DNA from: a virus
Taxonomy: Duplodnaviria; Caudoviricetes
Direction: 5' to 3' (one strand)
IMG/VR virus record: IMGVR_UViG_3300017902_000306
Span: 10,083-74,082 of that record
DNA: 64,000 nucleotides
Shown here: one piece after another, positions 56,390 to 64,000 of the stretch
How positions within the stretch are numbered: position 1 is the first letter of the stretch
Layout: the number at the start of each line of letters is the position of its first letter
Position numbers and translations under genes: made by a program
Notes under the pieces: model-generated
The model's database searches: none
What the model was told of the DNA's origin: nothing
What the model saw: only the letters and a program-made list of their open reading frames with translations

Positions 56390-58897
56390 ATGTCTCAAAA
56401 CTTTTACACTTACGCCTGGCAATACGGTAATTCTATATTAGTGCGAGGGGTGAGGAACGGGAAGCGTTTTACGGAACGCCACCCATTCACCCCAACCCTG
56501 TATGTAAAATCCGCAGAACCCACGCAGTTCAAATCCATTGACGGACAAAGTTTGAAGCCGATTGAGTTCGGAGATAATTCCGACTGCAAAGAATTCTTGG
56601 AAAACTATTCCAAGGTAGAAAACTATCCCATCTATGGTCAGACCGATCTGACCTATCAATACCTATCTTCAATGTATCCAAACGAAATCTCGTTTGATAT
56701 GAGTCAGATGAAGATACTTTCAATTGATATTGAGACTACCGCTCAACACGGATTCCCCGATGTAGAAAATCCAATCGAAGAAGTATTGTTGATCTCAGTC
56801 ATCGACAACGCCACCAAAGAAATCCACACTTGGGGTTCTGGTGAGTGGAAGTGTGTGTCCGATGAAGTCAGGGATTTGCCAGTCAACTACACATACTGTA
56901 GTGATGAATATGATCTGCTCCAAAACTTCATGGGGTGGTGGGCAAACAACTATCCCGATGTGATCACTGGTTGGAACATCGAACAGTTTGACATGCCGTA
57001 TCTGGTCAATCGTATTGATCGGATATTTGGTGGAGACTCAAAGAACAATCTTAGTCCATACAACATGACTCGCAAGAGAATGGTCAGGGGTCACAACCGT
57101 GAAATCCTCAAGGTTGATATCAAGGGTATCATCCAACTTGACTACATGGACTTATACAAAAAGTTTACCTATACCTTCCAAGAAAGTTATCGGCTTGACT
57201 ACATTGCCGAGGTTGAACTTGGTAAGAACAAACTTGAGTCGGGGTATGAAACTTTCCGTGAGTTCTATGAGAATGATTGGAACAGGTTCATTGACTACAA
57301 CATCATTGATACCAAACTCGTGGACGAACTTGATGACAAGATGAAGTTCCTTGAGTTGATCATCACGATGGCATATGACTGCAAGTGTAACTACAACGAT
57401 ATCTTTTCTTCTGTGAGGACATGGGATTGTTTGTTATACAATCATCTGCTCGAACAGAACATTATGATCCCCCAGAAGAAAGAACACTACTCCAAAGGAT
57501 TCCCAGGCGGGTATGTTCAAGAACCAAAGACTGGCAAATACAGGTGGGTTGTGTCCGTGGATGCGACTTCACTGTATCCGTCAATCATCATGCAACACAA
57601 TCTGTCACCCGAAATGTTGGCAGAGAATCACAAACCGATTGACTGCACAGTTGACAGTATTCTGGAACGCAGACATCAATTGAAGTTGCAAGATCACGAT
57701 CTGTCCATGGCTGCAAACGGGTATCTGTATCGAAAAGACAAACAGGGATTTATGGCAGACATCACCCAGAAGTTCTTTGATGATCGTCAACGATACAAGA
57801 AACTGATGAAACAGGCAGAACAAGAGTATGAGGACACAAAGAATCCCAAACTGTTGAATGACATTGCCAAGTATCACAACTTTCAGATGGCACGAAAGAT
57901 TCAGTTGAACTCTCTCTTTGGTGCGATTGGTAACAAGTGGTTCCGATTCTTTGATGAGAGGATTGCAGAGTCTATCACACTCACTGGTCAGTTGATCATC
58001 CGTGATACTGCGAAAGTGATTGATGAATTTATGAACAAGTTTCTCGGCACAGAGGATGAAGTATATTCTTTCTACACTGACACCGATTCATGTTATCTCA
58101 CACTGGACACTATGGTGGAGAAACATCTGAAGGACAAGTCTCGTGATGAGATCATTGACATCCTAGATAAGTTTGTCGATCAGAAACTTGAACCAATCAT
58201 CAATGGTCGCATGGCAGAACTTGGTGATTACATGAATGTGTTTGACAAAAAGATTTTCTTCAAACGTGAGGGGATTGCCGATACTGGCATCTGGGTTGCG
58301 AAGAAAAGATATGCCATGAATGTTTGGGACAACGAAGGTGTTCGATACAAGGAAGCAAAACTCAAGGTGATGGGTCTGGAGATTGTTCGATCTTCTACTC
58401 CTGCTCCAGTGAGGGAATGGTTGAAAGAGGCAGTCAGTCTTTGTCTCAATCAAGACGAAAAAGATTTGCAGAACTATGTCGAGGAAACATGGCAGAAGTT
58501 CAAGGAGTTGCCACCAGAGGACATTGCTTTCCCTCGTGGGTGCAACAACATTGATAGATATGTTTCCCGTGAGACAGTTTACACTAAGGGAACTCCGATG
58601 CACGTTAGAGGTGCCTTAGTTTACAATCACTTGGTCAGGACTCAGAAACTAGAGAACAAGTATCAGATCATCCAAGATGGTGACAAGATCAAGTTTATCT
58701 ATCTGAAGGAACCCAACCATGTGAAAGAGAACACAGTGGCGATGAATGGACAAATGCCAAAAGAGTTTGACCTACATCGCTACATTGATTTTGATACTCA
58801 GTTTCAGAAGGCTTTTCTTGATCCGTTAAATACTATCGTTGAAAGTCTGAAGTGGAACACGAGACCGATTGCAACATTAGAAGGATTATTTGTATGA
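56390..58897 (+). CDS. gp43: DNA polymerase (family B)
   Basis: DIETT, TGWNIEQFD, DATSLYPS, KIQLNSLFG, YTDTDS, KKRYA; no intein or intron seen. Confidence 0.98.
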   Translation: MSQNFYTYAWQYGNSILVRGVRNGKRFTERHPFTPTLYVKSAEPTQFKSIDGQSLKPIEFGDNSDCKEFLENYSKVENYPIYGQTDLTYQYLSSMYPNEISFDMSQMKILSIDIETTAQHGFPDVENPIEEVLLISVIDNATKEIHTWGSGEWKCVSDEVRDLPVNYTYCSDEYDLLQNFMGWWANNYPDVITGWNIEQFDMPYLVNRIDRIFGGDSKNNLSPYNMTRKRMVRGHNREILKVDIKGIIQLDYMDLYKKFTYTFQESYRLDYIAEVELGKNKLESGYETFREFYENDWNRFIDYNIIDTKLVDELDDKMKFLELIITMAYDCKCNYNDIFSSVRTWDCLLYNHLLEQNIMIPQKKEHYSKGFPGGYVQEPKTGKYRWVVSVDATSLYPSIIMQHNLSPEMLAENHKPIDCTVDSILERRHQLKLQDHDLSMAANGYLYRKDKQGFMADITQKFFDDRQRYKKLMKQAEQEYEDTKNPKLLNDIAKYHNFQMARKIQLNSLFGAIGNKWFRFFDERIAESITLTGQLIIRDTAKVIDEFMNKFLGTEDEVYSFYTDTDSCYLTLDTMVEKHLKDKSRDEIIDILDKFVDQKLEPIINGRMAELGDYMNVFDKKIFFKREGIADTGIWVAKKRYAMNVWDNEGVRYKEAKLKVMGLEIVRSSTPAPVREWLKEAVSLCLNQDEKDLQNYVEETWQKFKELPPEDIAFPRGCNNIDRYVSRETVYTKGTPMHVRGALVYNHLVRTQKLENKYQIIQDGDKIKFIYLKEPNHVKENTVAMNGQMPKEFDLHRYIDFDTQFQKAFLDPLNTIVESLKWNTRPIATLEGLFV

Positions 58898-59952
58898 GTG
58901 TGTTAGATAAGTTAAAAAAGAATACTACAATTAAAGAATCGTCAGTCCTAACTGACTCCAAGTTTTTCAATCAGAAGGACTTCATTCAAACCACAGTTCC
59001 CGCTTTGAACGTGGCATTGTCTGGTAAACTTGACGGTGGATTGACGCCAGGCTTGACAGTGTTCGCCGGCCCATCTAAACATTTCAAGACTGCATTTGCC
59101 ATGTTACTCGCAAAGGCATATCTTGATAAATATGATGATGCAGTGATCCTGTTTTATGATTCTGAATTTGGTGCTCCACAAGGATACTTTGATAGTTTTG
59201 GAATTGATACTGATCGGGTTATTCATTCACCGATCACCGACATCGAACAACTCAAACATGATGTGATGAACCAACTGTCAGAGTTGGAACGCAATGATCG
59301 TGTCATGGTTATCGTAGACTCGGTTGGTAACCTCGCATCAAAGAAAGAAGTTGATGATGCGATTGATGGTAAGTCTGTTGCCGATATGACTCGTGCAAAA
59401 CAGATGAAGTCTCTGTTCCGAATGATCACACCACATTTGACATTGAAAGATATTCCTGCCGTGGTTGTAAACCACACCTACAAAGAAATTGGTTTGTTCC
59501 CGAAGGACATCGTTTCTGGTGGAACTGGTATTTACTATTCTGCCGATAACATTTTCATCATTGGCAGACAACAAGAAAAACAAGGAAAAGATGTTGTTGG
59601 ATACAACTTCATCATTAACGTTGAGAAGTCTCGCTATGTCCGTGAAAAATCCAAAATCCCAATTGAGGTCTCGTGGGAAGGCGGGATTAGCAAGTGGAGT
59701 GGTCTGTTGGATATGGCTCTTGAGTCAGGGCATGTTATCAAACCATCAAACGGATGGTATCAGAACACTGTCACAGACGATGAGAAGAAATTCAGAACTA
59801 AGGACACATATACTAAGGAGTTCTGGTTGCCGATTCTACAGGACGAATCTTTTGTTGAATGGATTACTAAAAGATATTTGATCTCCTCCGACTCTATCAT
59901 GCAAGGTGAGGTCTCTGAGGAAGATATTGAAAATGCCTACAGCGAAGTGTGA
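58894..59952 (+). CDS. uvsX: RecA-like recombinase UvsX
   Basis: AGPSKHFKT, YDSEFG, DSVGNLASKKE, DMTRAK, SGGTG..YSAD, VEKSR; start at ATG 58894. Confidence 0.96.
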   Translation: MSVLDKLKKNTTIKESSVLTDSKFFNQKDFIQTTVPALNVALSGKLDGGLTPGLTVFAGPSKHFKTAFAMLLAKAYLDKYDDAVILFYDSEFGAPQGYFDSFGIDTDRVIHSPITDIEQLKHDVMNQLSELERNDRVMVIVDSVGNLASKKEVDDAIDGKSVADMTRAKQMKSLFRMITPHLTLKDIPAVVVNHTYKEIGLFPKDIVSGGTGIYYSADNIFIIGRQQEKQGKDVVGYNFIINVEKSRYVREKSKIPIEVSWEGGISKWSGLLDMALESGHVIKPSNGWYQNTVTDDEKKFRTKDTYTKEFWLPILQDESFVEWITKRYLISSDSIMQGEVSEEDIENAYSEV

Positions 59953-60112
59953 CAGATGTGGGGGTCAAATTGACCTTGACAACGACCAAGCAATATGTTT
60001 TAATAGTGCAGATGGTCAAATCTACATGTGTGAACCTTGCGTTGAAATTGTGAAAAGAGAATTTATTGATGAGATTAGAGAAACAAATATTATCGAATCT
60101 GATATTATGTGA
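59906..60112 (+). CDS. Small zinc-finger-like protein
   Basis: CDRC...C...CEPC. Confidence 0.5.
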   Translation: MRSLRKILKMPTAKCDRCGGQIDLDNDQAICFNSADGQIYMCEPCVEIVKREFIDEIRETNIIESDIM

Positions 60113-61451
60113 AGACTACACCAGAAAAACTATTGCGTTTCTCAAGGAAGACTATTTCCTTGATGCAGAGTTTCGGGTGGTCTTTGCTTCGATATCAGAT
60201 CACTTCCAAAGGTATAATCAAGTTCCATCAAAAAATGCTCTGTTGATTGCACTGCAAGAAAACAGACAGATAACAGAAGACCTGTATGCCAAGTCAGAAG
60301 AACTAATCAACTCTCTCAATAGTGCTGAGAGTGATAACGATTGGATGATTGATCAGACTGAGAAGTTCTGTAAGGACAAGGCAGTATACAATGCGATCAT
60401 GCAATCCATTCAGATCATTGACGGACAAGACAAAAGATACAGTGTCGATTCCCTGCCAAGTATTTTGTCTGATGCCCTGAGTGTCGGGTTTGACAATCAC
60501 GTTGGTCACGACTACATTGATGATGCTCAGTTGCGATTCGACTTCTATCACAGAGAAGAAGAAAAACTCCCATTCGATTTGGACTACTTCAACAGAATCA
60601 CTGAGGGTGGCCTGAGTAACAAGACTTTGAATGTTGCACTCGCTGGAACTGGTGTCGGTAAGTCATTGTTCATGTGCCACTGTGCCGCATCCTGTATCGC
60701 ACAAGGTAAGAATGTTCTCTATATCACACTGGAAATGGCAGAGGAGAGAATCGCAGAACGGATTGACGCCAACATGATGAATGTGCCAATCACTGATCTG
60801 CGTGATCTATCCAAGAAGATGTTTGATGATCGGGTAGACAAAATCAAGAATAAGATTGATGGTAGATTGATCATCAAAGAATATCCAACCGCATCTGCTC
60901 ATGTTGGTCACTTCAGAACTCTACTAGAAGAACTGAAAGTGAAACAAAACTTTGTCCCAGATATCATCTATGTAGATTACCTAAATATATGTGTCAGTCA
61001 AAGACTCCGTGGAAACGTTGGTGCAAATTCCTACACCATCGTAAAGAGTATCGCTGAAGAATTGCGTGGACTTGCAGTTGAGTTTGATGTCCCGATTGTA
61101 ACTGCCACTCAAACAACTCGTGGTGGATACAACAACAGTGATGTTGATTTGACAGACACCTCAGAAAGTTTCGGGTTGCCCGCAACTGCCGATCTGATGT
61201 TTGCTTTGATCAGCACTGAGGAGTTGGAACAACAGGGTCACATCATGGTGAAACAATTGAAAAACCGTTACAGTGATCCAACTAGAAACAAGAGGTTTAT
61301 GATCGGCGTTGACCGTGCCAAGATGAGACTGTTTGATCTTGATGAAGAAGCACAACAGGACATACATGATTCTGGTCAACAAGATGATACACCCGTATTT
61401 GACAGGAGTGACTTTGGTTCCCGATCTAATTTGGGTTCAATAAAGTTATAA
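60069..61451 (+). CDS. gp41: Replicative helicase
   Basis: AGTGVGKSL.MC, ITLEMAEE, IKEYPT, VDYLNI, SESFGLPATAD, KQLKNRY. Confidence 0.97.
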   Translation: MRLEKQILSNLILCEDYTRKTIAFLKEDYFLDAEFRVVFASISDHFQRYNQVPSKNALLIALQENRQITEDLYAKSEELINSLNSAESDNDWMIDQTEKFCKDKAVYNAIMQSIQIIDGQDKRYSVDSLPSILSDALSVGFDNHVGHDYIDDAQLRFDFYHREEEKLPFDLDYFNRITEGGLSNKTLNVALAGTGVGKSLFMCHCAASCIAQGKNVLYITLEMAEERIAERIDANMMNVPITDLRDLSKKMFDDRVDKIKNKIDGRLIIKEYPTASAHVGHFRTLLEELKVKQNFVPDIIYVDYLNICVSQRLRGNVGANSYTIVKSIAEELRGLAVEFDVPIVTATQTTRGGYNNSDVDLTDTSESFGLPATADLMFALISTEELEQQGHIMVKQLKNRYSDPTRNKRFMIGVDRAKMRLFDLDEEAQQDIHDSGQQDDTPVFDRSDFGSRSNLGSIKL

Positions 61452-61454
61452 ATA
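61447..61454 (+). promoter_or_regulatory. T4-type late promoter
   Basis: TATAAATA before the spanin-like genes. Confidence 0.75.
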
Positions 61455-61459
61455 GAACT

Positions 61460-61843
61460 ATGTTAAGTAAACTATTATTAGGTGTTGTTTTGACGGGTGG
61501 TGTAGCAGGATATTTCTACTACAACCAAACCCAAGCAGAGCTTATTGAGCTTCGTGAATATAATATGGCGTTGGAACTACAAGTCAAAACACAGAATGAC
61601 ACCATAGATAAGATGTCTACCCAATACGAAACCCAGATGAAGGCGTTTGGTGAGTTGAATAGTAAGTTTCAAGAGGCAGAAGCGGAGATGACTAGATACT
61701 TAGATATTTTCCGTAGACATGATCTCAGTAAACTTGCGGCTGCAAAGCCTGGTCTGATTGAACCGAGAGTAAACAATGCGACAAAGCAAGTATTTGACAG
61801 TCTGGAAGCCGATAGCACTTTTGAGTTTGATAGTAACCCTTAG
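61460..61843 (+). CDS. Putative inner-membrane spanin (Rz-like)
   Basis: N-terminal transmembrane helix plus long coiled coil; overlaps the next gene. Confidence 0.65.
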   Translation: MLSKLLLGVVLTGGVAGYFYYNQTQAELIELREYNMALELQVKTQNDTIDKMSTQYETQMKAFGELNSKFQEAEAEMTRYLDIFRRHDLSKLAAAKPGLIEPRVNNATKQVFDSLEADSTFEFDSNP

Positions 61844-62255
61844 TGGTTGCTCTTTTCTGACCCCGCCTCCACGAGAAGTGGAGATCAGAACAGTCGAACT
61901 GAAAATCCCTATCCAACATCCTAACATGCCGAGACCAATCGACATGAAGGAACCCCAGTGGTATGTTGTATCACAAAAAAATATAGATGAGTTTTTAGAG
62001 CGAATTGAAAACGAGTCTGGTGCAATGGTATTCATGGCCATGTCAGTCCCAGACTATGAATTGATGGCATACAATCTCCAAGAGATCAAACGTTATGTCA
62101 AGGAAACAAAAGAAGTTGTAGTTTACTACCGCACCGTGACCGATCCTGATGATGAACCAGAGGTAGAAGAAGAACAGACCCAAGAAAGTGGGTCACTCAT
62201 GCAATCATTGAAGGAGAGAGTAAGTGGCGGACGAGGAAGTAAAGAAGACGAGTGA
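61776..62255 (+). CDS. Putative outer-membrane lipoprotein spanin (Rz1-like)
   Basis: Lipobox LSGC, Pro-rich segment, overlap with the Rz-like gene. Confidence 0.65.
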   Translation: MRQSKYLTVWKPIALLSLIVTLSGCSFLTPPPREVEIRTVELKIPIQHPNMPRPIDMKEPQWYVVSQKNIDEFLERIENESGAMVFMAMSVPDYELMAYNLQEIKRYVKETKEVVVYYRTVTDPDDEPEVEEEQTQESGSLMQSLKERVSGGRGSKEDE

Positions 62256-62553
62256 AAGATTACCAGCTGACGTAAACGGAGATGGGTATGTCGATGATGA
62301 AGAAAAGCGCATGTATATGGAATTCAAGCGTAAAGAACTTGAAGATCAAGACGCAATGCGTGATTCTCAACGCAAGATGGCTTGGTTTGCACTTGGAGGC
62401 ATGCTGTTATATCCTTTTGCTGTGGTTGTTGCCTCACTCGCTGACTTAGATCAGGCTCAAAAAACTTTAGGTGACATGGCGCCAACATATTTTGTAGCAG
62501 TTGCTGGTATTGTTGCCGCCTTCTTTGGCGCTCAGGCATTCACGAAGAAATGA
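62224..62553 (+). CDS. Holin-like two-TM protein with an N-terminal EF-hand loop
   Basis: DVNGDGYVDDEE, then two hydrophobic helices ending AAFFGAQAFTKK. Confidence 0.55.
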   Translation: MADEEVKKTSERLPADVNGDGYVDDEEKRMYMEFKRKELEDQDAMRDSQRKMAWFALGGMLLYPFAVVVASLADLDQAQKTLGDMAPTYFVAVAGIVAAFFGAQAFTKK

Positions 62554-63062
62554 TCTACTTTGACTTGAACACCCGTTTGCATCCGACACAGGTTGAGCAA
62601 TTGCTTCAAATGGAGCATGAGTTTTGGGATCACCAAACTTATGGAGATGATACAAATCTTGATATTGCCCTGTTGCCGAAATGTTCTCTTAATGGAGAGA
62701 TTCGTAGCATGTTCATGGCCTCACCATCTGCCGTCACCGTGATGAGAATTGAGGCAGGACAAGAAGTTGTTCCCCACGTTGACGATCCAGAACACAGAAG
62801 ACCTTCTTCAGTTGTATTTCCACTTTGGCCAGGCGGTGATAAGTATGCCCCATGCACAATCTACATGGATGAGGGCACATATGATATCGGGTGGCGATCC
62901 TGCTATGCGTTCAATACCCAGATTAAACATGGTGTGAAGAACGATACCGAATATGATCGTTTAAATCTACAAGTGTGGTTCAATATGCCTATTGCTGACC
63001 TATATGACCTATATCAGAAAGGTGAACTGGTGCATCCGAGCGTAGTATACCCAACTGGTTGA
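62550..63062 (+). CDS. Putative 2OG-Fe(II)/cupin hydroxylase
   Basis: PHVD (HxD) ... FNTQIKHGV.N...RLNLQ. Confidence 0.55.
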   Translation: MIYFDLNTRLHPTQVEQLLQMEHEFWDHQTYGDDTNLDIALLPKCSLNGEIRSMFMASPSAVTVMRIEAGQEVVPHVDDPEHRRPSSVVFPLWPGGDKYAPCTIYMDEGTYDIGWRSCYAFNTQIKHGVKNDTEYDRLNLQVWFNMPIADLYDLYQKGELVHPSVVYPTG

Positions 63063-63147
63063 TTTGTAAGGATATTTTTTTCTTTTAAAATCAATCACTT
63101 AGAATTTTTTCAAATTTTTTTTATTTTTCTTATAAATCAACCACTTA
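63052..63147. promoter_or_regulatory. Three IHF-consensus boxes in an AT-rich tract
   Basis: 63052-64 (minus, AATCAACCAGTTG), 63089-101 (AATCAATCACTTA), 63135-47 (AATCAACCACTTA). Confidence 0.55.
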
Positions 63148-63160
63148 CAAGTGGCCTCGC

Positions 63161-63192
63161 CCCTTGACATCTGCCCCAATAGCTGTCATAAT
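63161..63192 (+). promoter_or_regulatory. Early promoter
   Basis: CCC-TTGACA-17-CATAAT, a near copy of the 45135 promoter. Confidence 0.8.
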
Positions 63193-63228
63193 ATATGTGT
63201 AAATTGAGTTGAGAGAGGTTTTTTGGTT

Positions 63229-63612
63229 ATGTTTCGATTGTTCCAGTTAGATGTTCCCCGCTCCGAGTTCGATGCCGTCAATCAAATGGGTTGGACAGAA
63301 GCGATGGCACAGTTCCCCCGTATTGAGGCGCACATGGCGCTGACCACTAGTGGTTCTGAGGGTTGGGTGTCAGAGTTTGATCAGTATTTCAAACATGTCG
63401 CTGACATCAATGTGCGTGATCTTGAGGACGCTTTTCTGGTTCACAATAATCCGCATGGTATGGAACATTATGAGGAGCGTATCACTCGACACGCCCCGCA
63501 ACATTCGATGTCAGTTGGTGACATCCTTGTTGGTGAGTATGGTGATGTCCACATGGTTGACAATTGTGGTTTCACTCAGTTATTGAGTTCAAAAGTTGGA
63601 GAGGCAGCATGA
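63229..63612 (+). CDS. Early protein with a YodL-like signature
   Basis: FRLFQL...DLEDAF..HN...HSMSVGDI.V. Confidence 0.5.
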   Translation: MFRLFQLDVPRSEFDAVNQMGWTEAMAQFPRIEAHMALTTSGSEGWVSEFDQYFKHVADINVRDLEDAFLVHNNPHGMEHYEERITRHAPQHSMSVGDILVGEYGDVHMVDNCGFTQLLSSKVGEAA

Positions 63613-63755
63613 CTCTTAGTAAAGCAGGACGTATTATCAATGCCGAGGCCGAGTTCCTTGGCAAGACATGGGATTGGGTGATGGAAGCCATCGCCACTAA
63701 CCCCATGATGTTCCCAGATCGTGCCATAGAGGCACACAAGGTGTTGACACAATGA
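63609..63755 (+). CDS. Small hypothetical early protein
   Basis: GGAG/GAGG RBS, ATGA overlap, MTLSKAGRII... Confidence 0.5.
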   Translation: MTLSKAGRIINAEAEFLGKTWDWVMEAIATNPMMFPDRAIEAHKVLTQ

Positions 63756-63934
63756 TGACACCTTGGTATGCTTATGGGGAAACTGGTGAGGCAGTTTTGA
63801 GTGTGGTTGAATCCGCCCTTGATGGGGGTGATCAAACACGTTTTATAAATTCGTTGCGTAGAATTGGATTGAGTGATCAGGAGATCATGCACGTTTACGC
63901 TGAGGAAGTGTTGGGAATTGAACAAAAGAAGTAA
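63752..63934 (+). CDS. Small hypothetical early protein
   Basis: 60 aa, ATGA overlap. Confidence 0.5.
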   Translation: MMTPWYAYGETGEAVLSVVESALDGGDQTRFINSLRRIGLSDQEIMHVYAEEVLGIEQKK

Positions 63935-63950
63935 ACAAAAATTATTGGAT

Positions 63951-63977
63951 CAGGAAGCTCGTAGAGAGCTTTTCCTG
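63951..63977. terminator. Possible hairpin terminator
   Basis: CAGGA-AGCTC-GTAGA-GAGCT-TT-TCCTG; weak T tract. Confidence 0.3.
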
Positions 63978-64000
63978 CTTCTGGATCATTATCTGATCGC

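Noticed and set aside
22796-61451. Inteins, introns or homing endonucleases in gp17, gp43, uvsX, gp41 or uvsW
   Set aside because: These ORFs are continuous and of normal size; no HNH, GIY-YIG or LAGLIDADG motifs were noticed.
601-63925. Numerous short antisense or alternate-frame ORFs (60-199 aa) over conserved genes
   Set aside because: Shadow ORFs without an RBS or recognisable motifs, lying inside well-supported T4 core genes.

Overview
Continuous 64-kb segment of a T4-like (Tevenvirinae/Kyanoviridae-type, probably marine) myovirus genome of about 40% GC by eye. Order: a 5'-truncated giant VrlC/DUF4815-like structural protein and fibre-like proteins; a ~9 kb glycan-modification island (five GT-A-like glycosyltransferases, SGNH, methyltransferase-like and 2OG-oxygenase-like genes) with an alternative oxidase inside it; the neck/tail/head module (gp13-gp23, gp3); uvsY/uvsW/gp55; a putative nucleotide/DNA-modification cassette before gp47/gp46; def, iscU, iscA; cobT/cobS-like genes; gp45, gp44, gp62, regA, hsp20, gp43, uvsX, gp41; a spanin/holin-like lysis trio; and the start of an early-gene region. 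T4 late promoters (TATAAATA) and sigma70 early promoters (CCCTTGACA-17-TAnnnT) are clearly visible. The strongest unexpected signal is a glnA-class glutamine riboswitch driving a DUF4278-like 57-aa peptide, inserted as its own late transcription unit between gp23 and gp3. AOX (not PTOX), IscU, IHF boxes and spanins point to a heterotrophic proteobacterial host rather than a cyanobacterium (inference). All calls come from motif recognition by eye; no database search or RNA folding was run. No tRNA, rRNA, CRISPR array, intron or mobile element was recognised.
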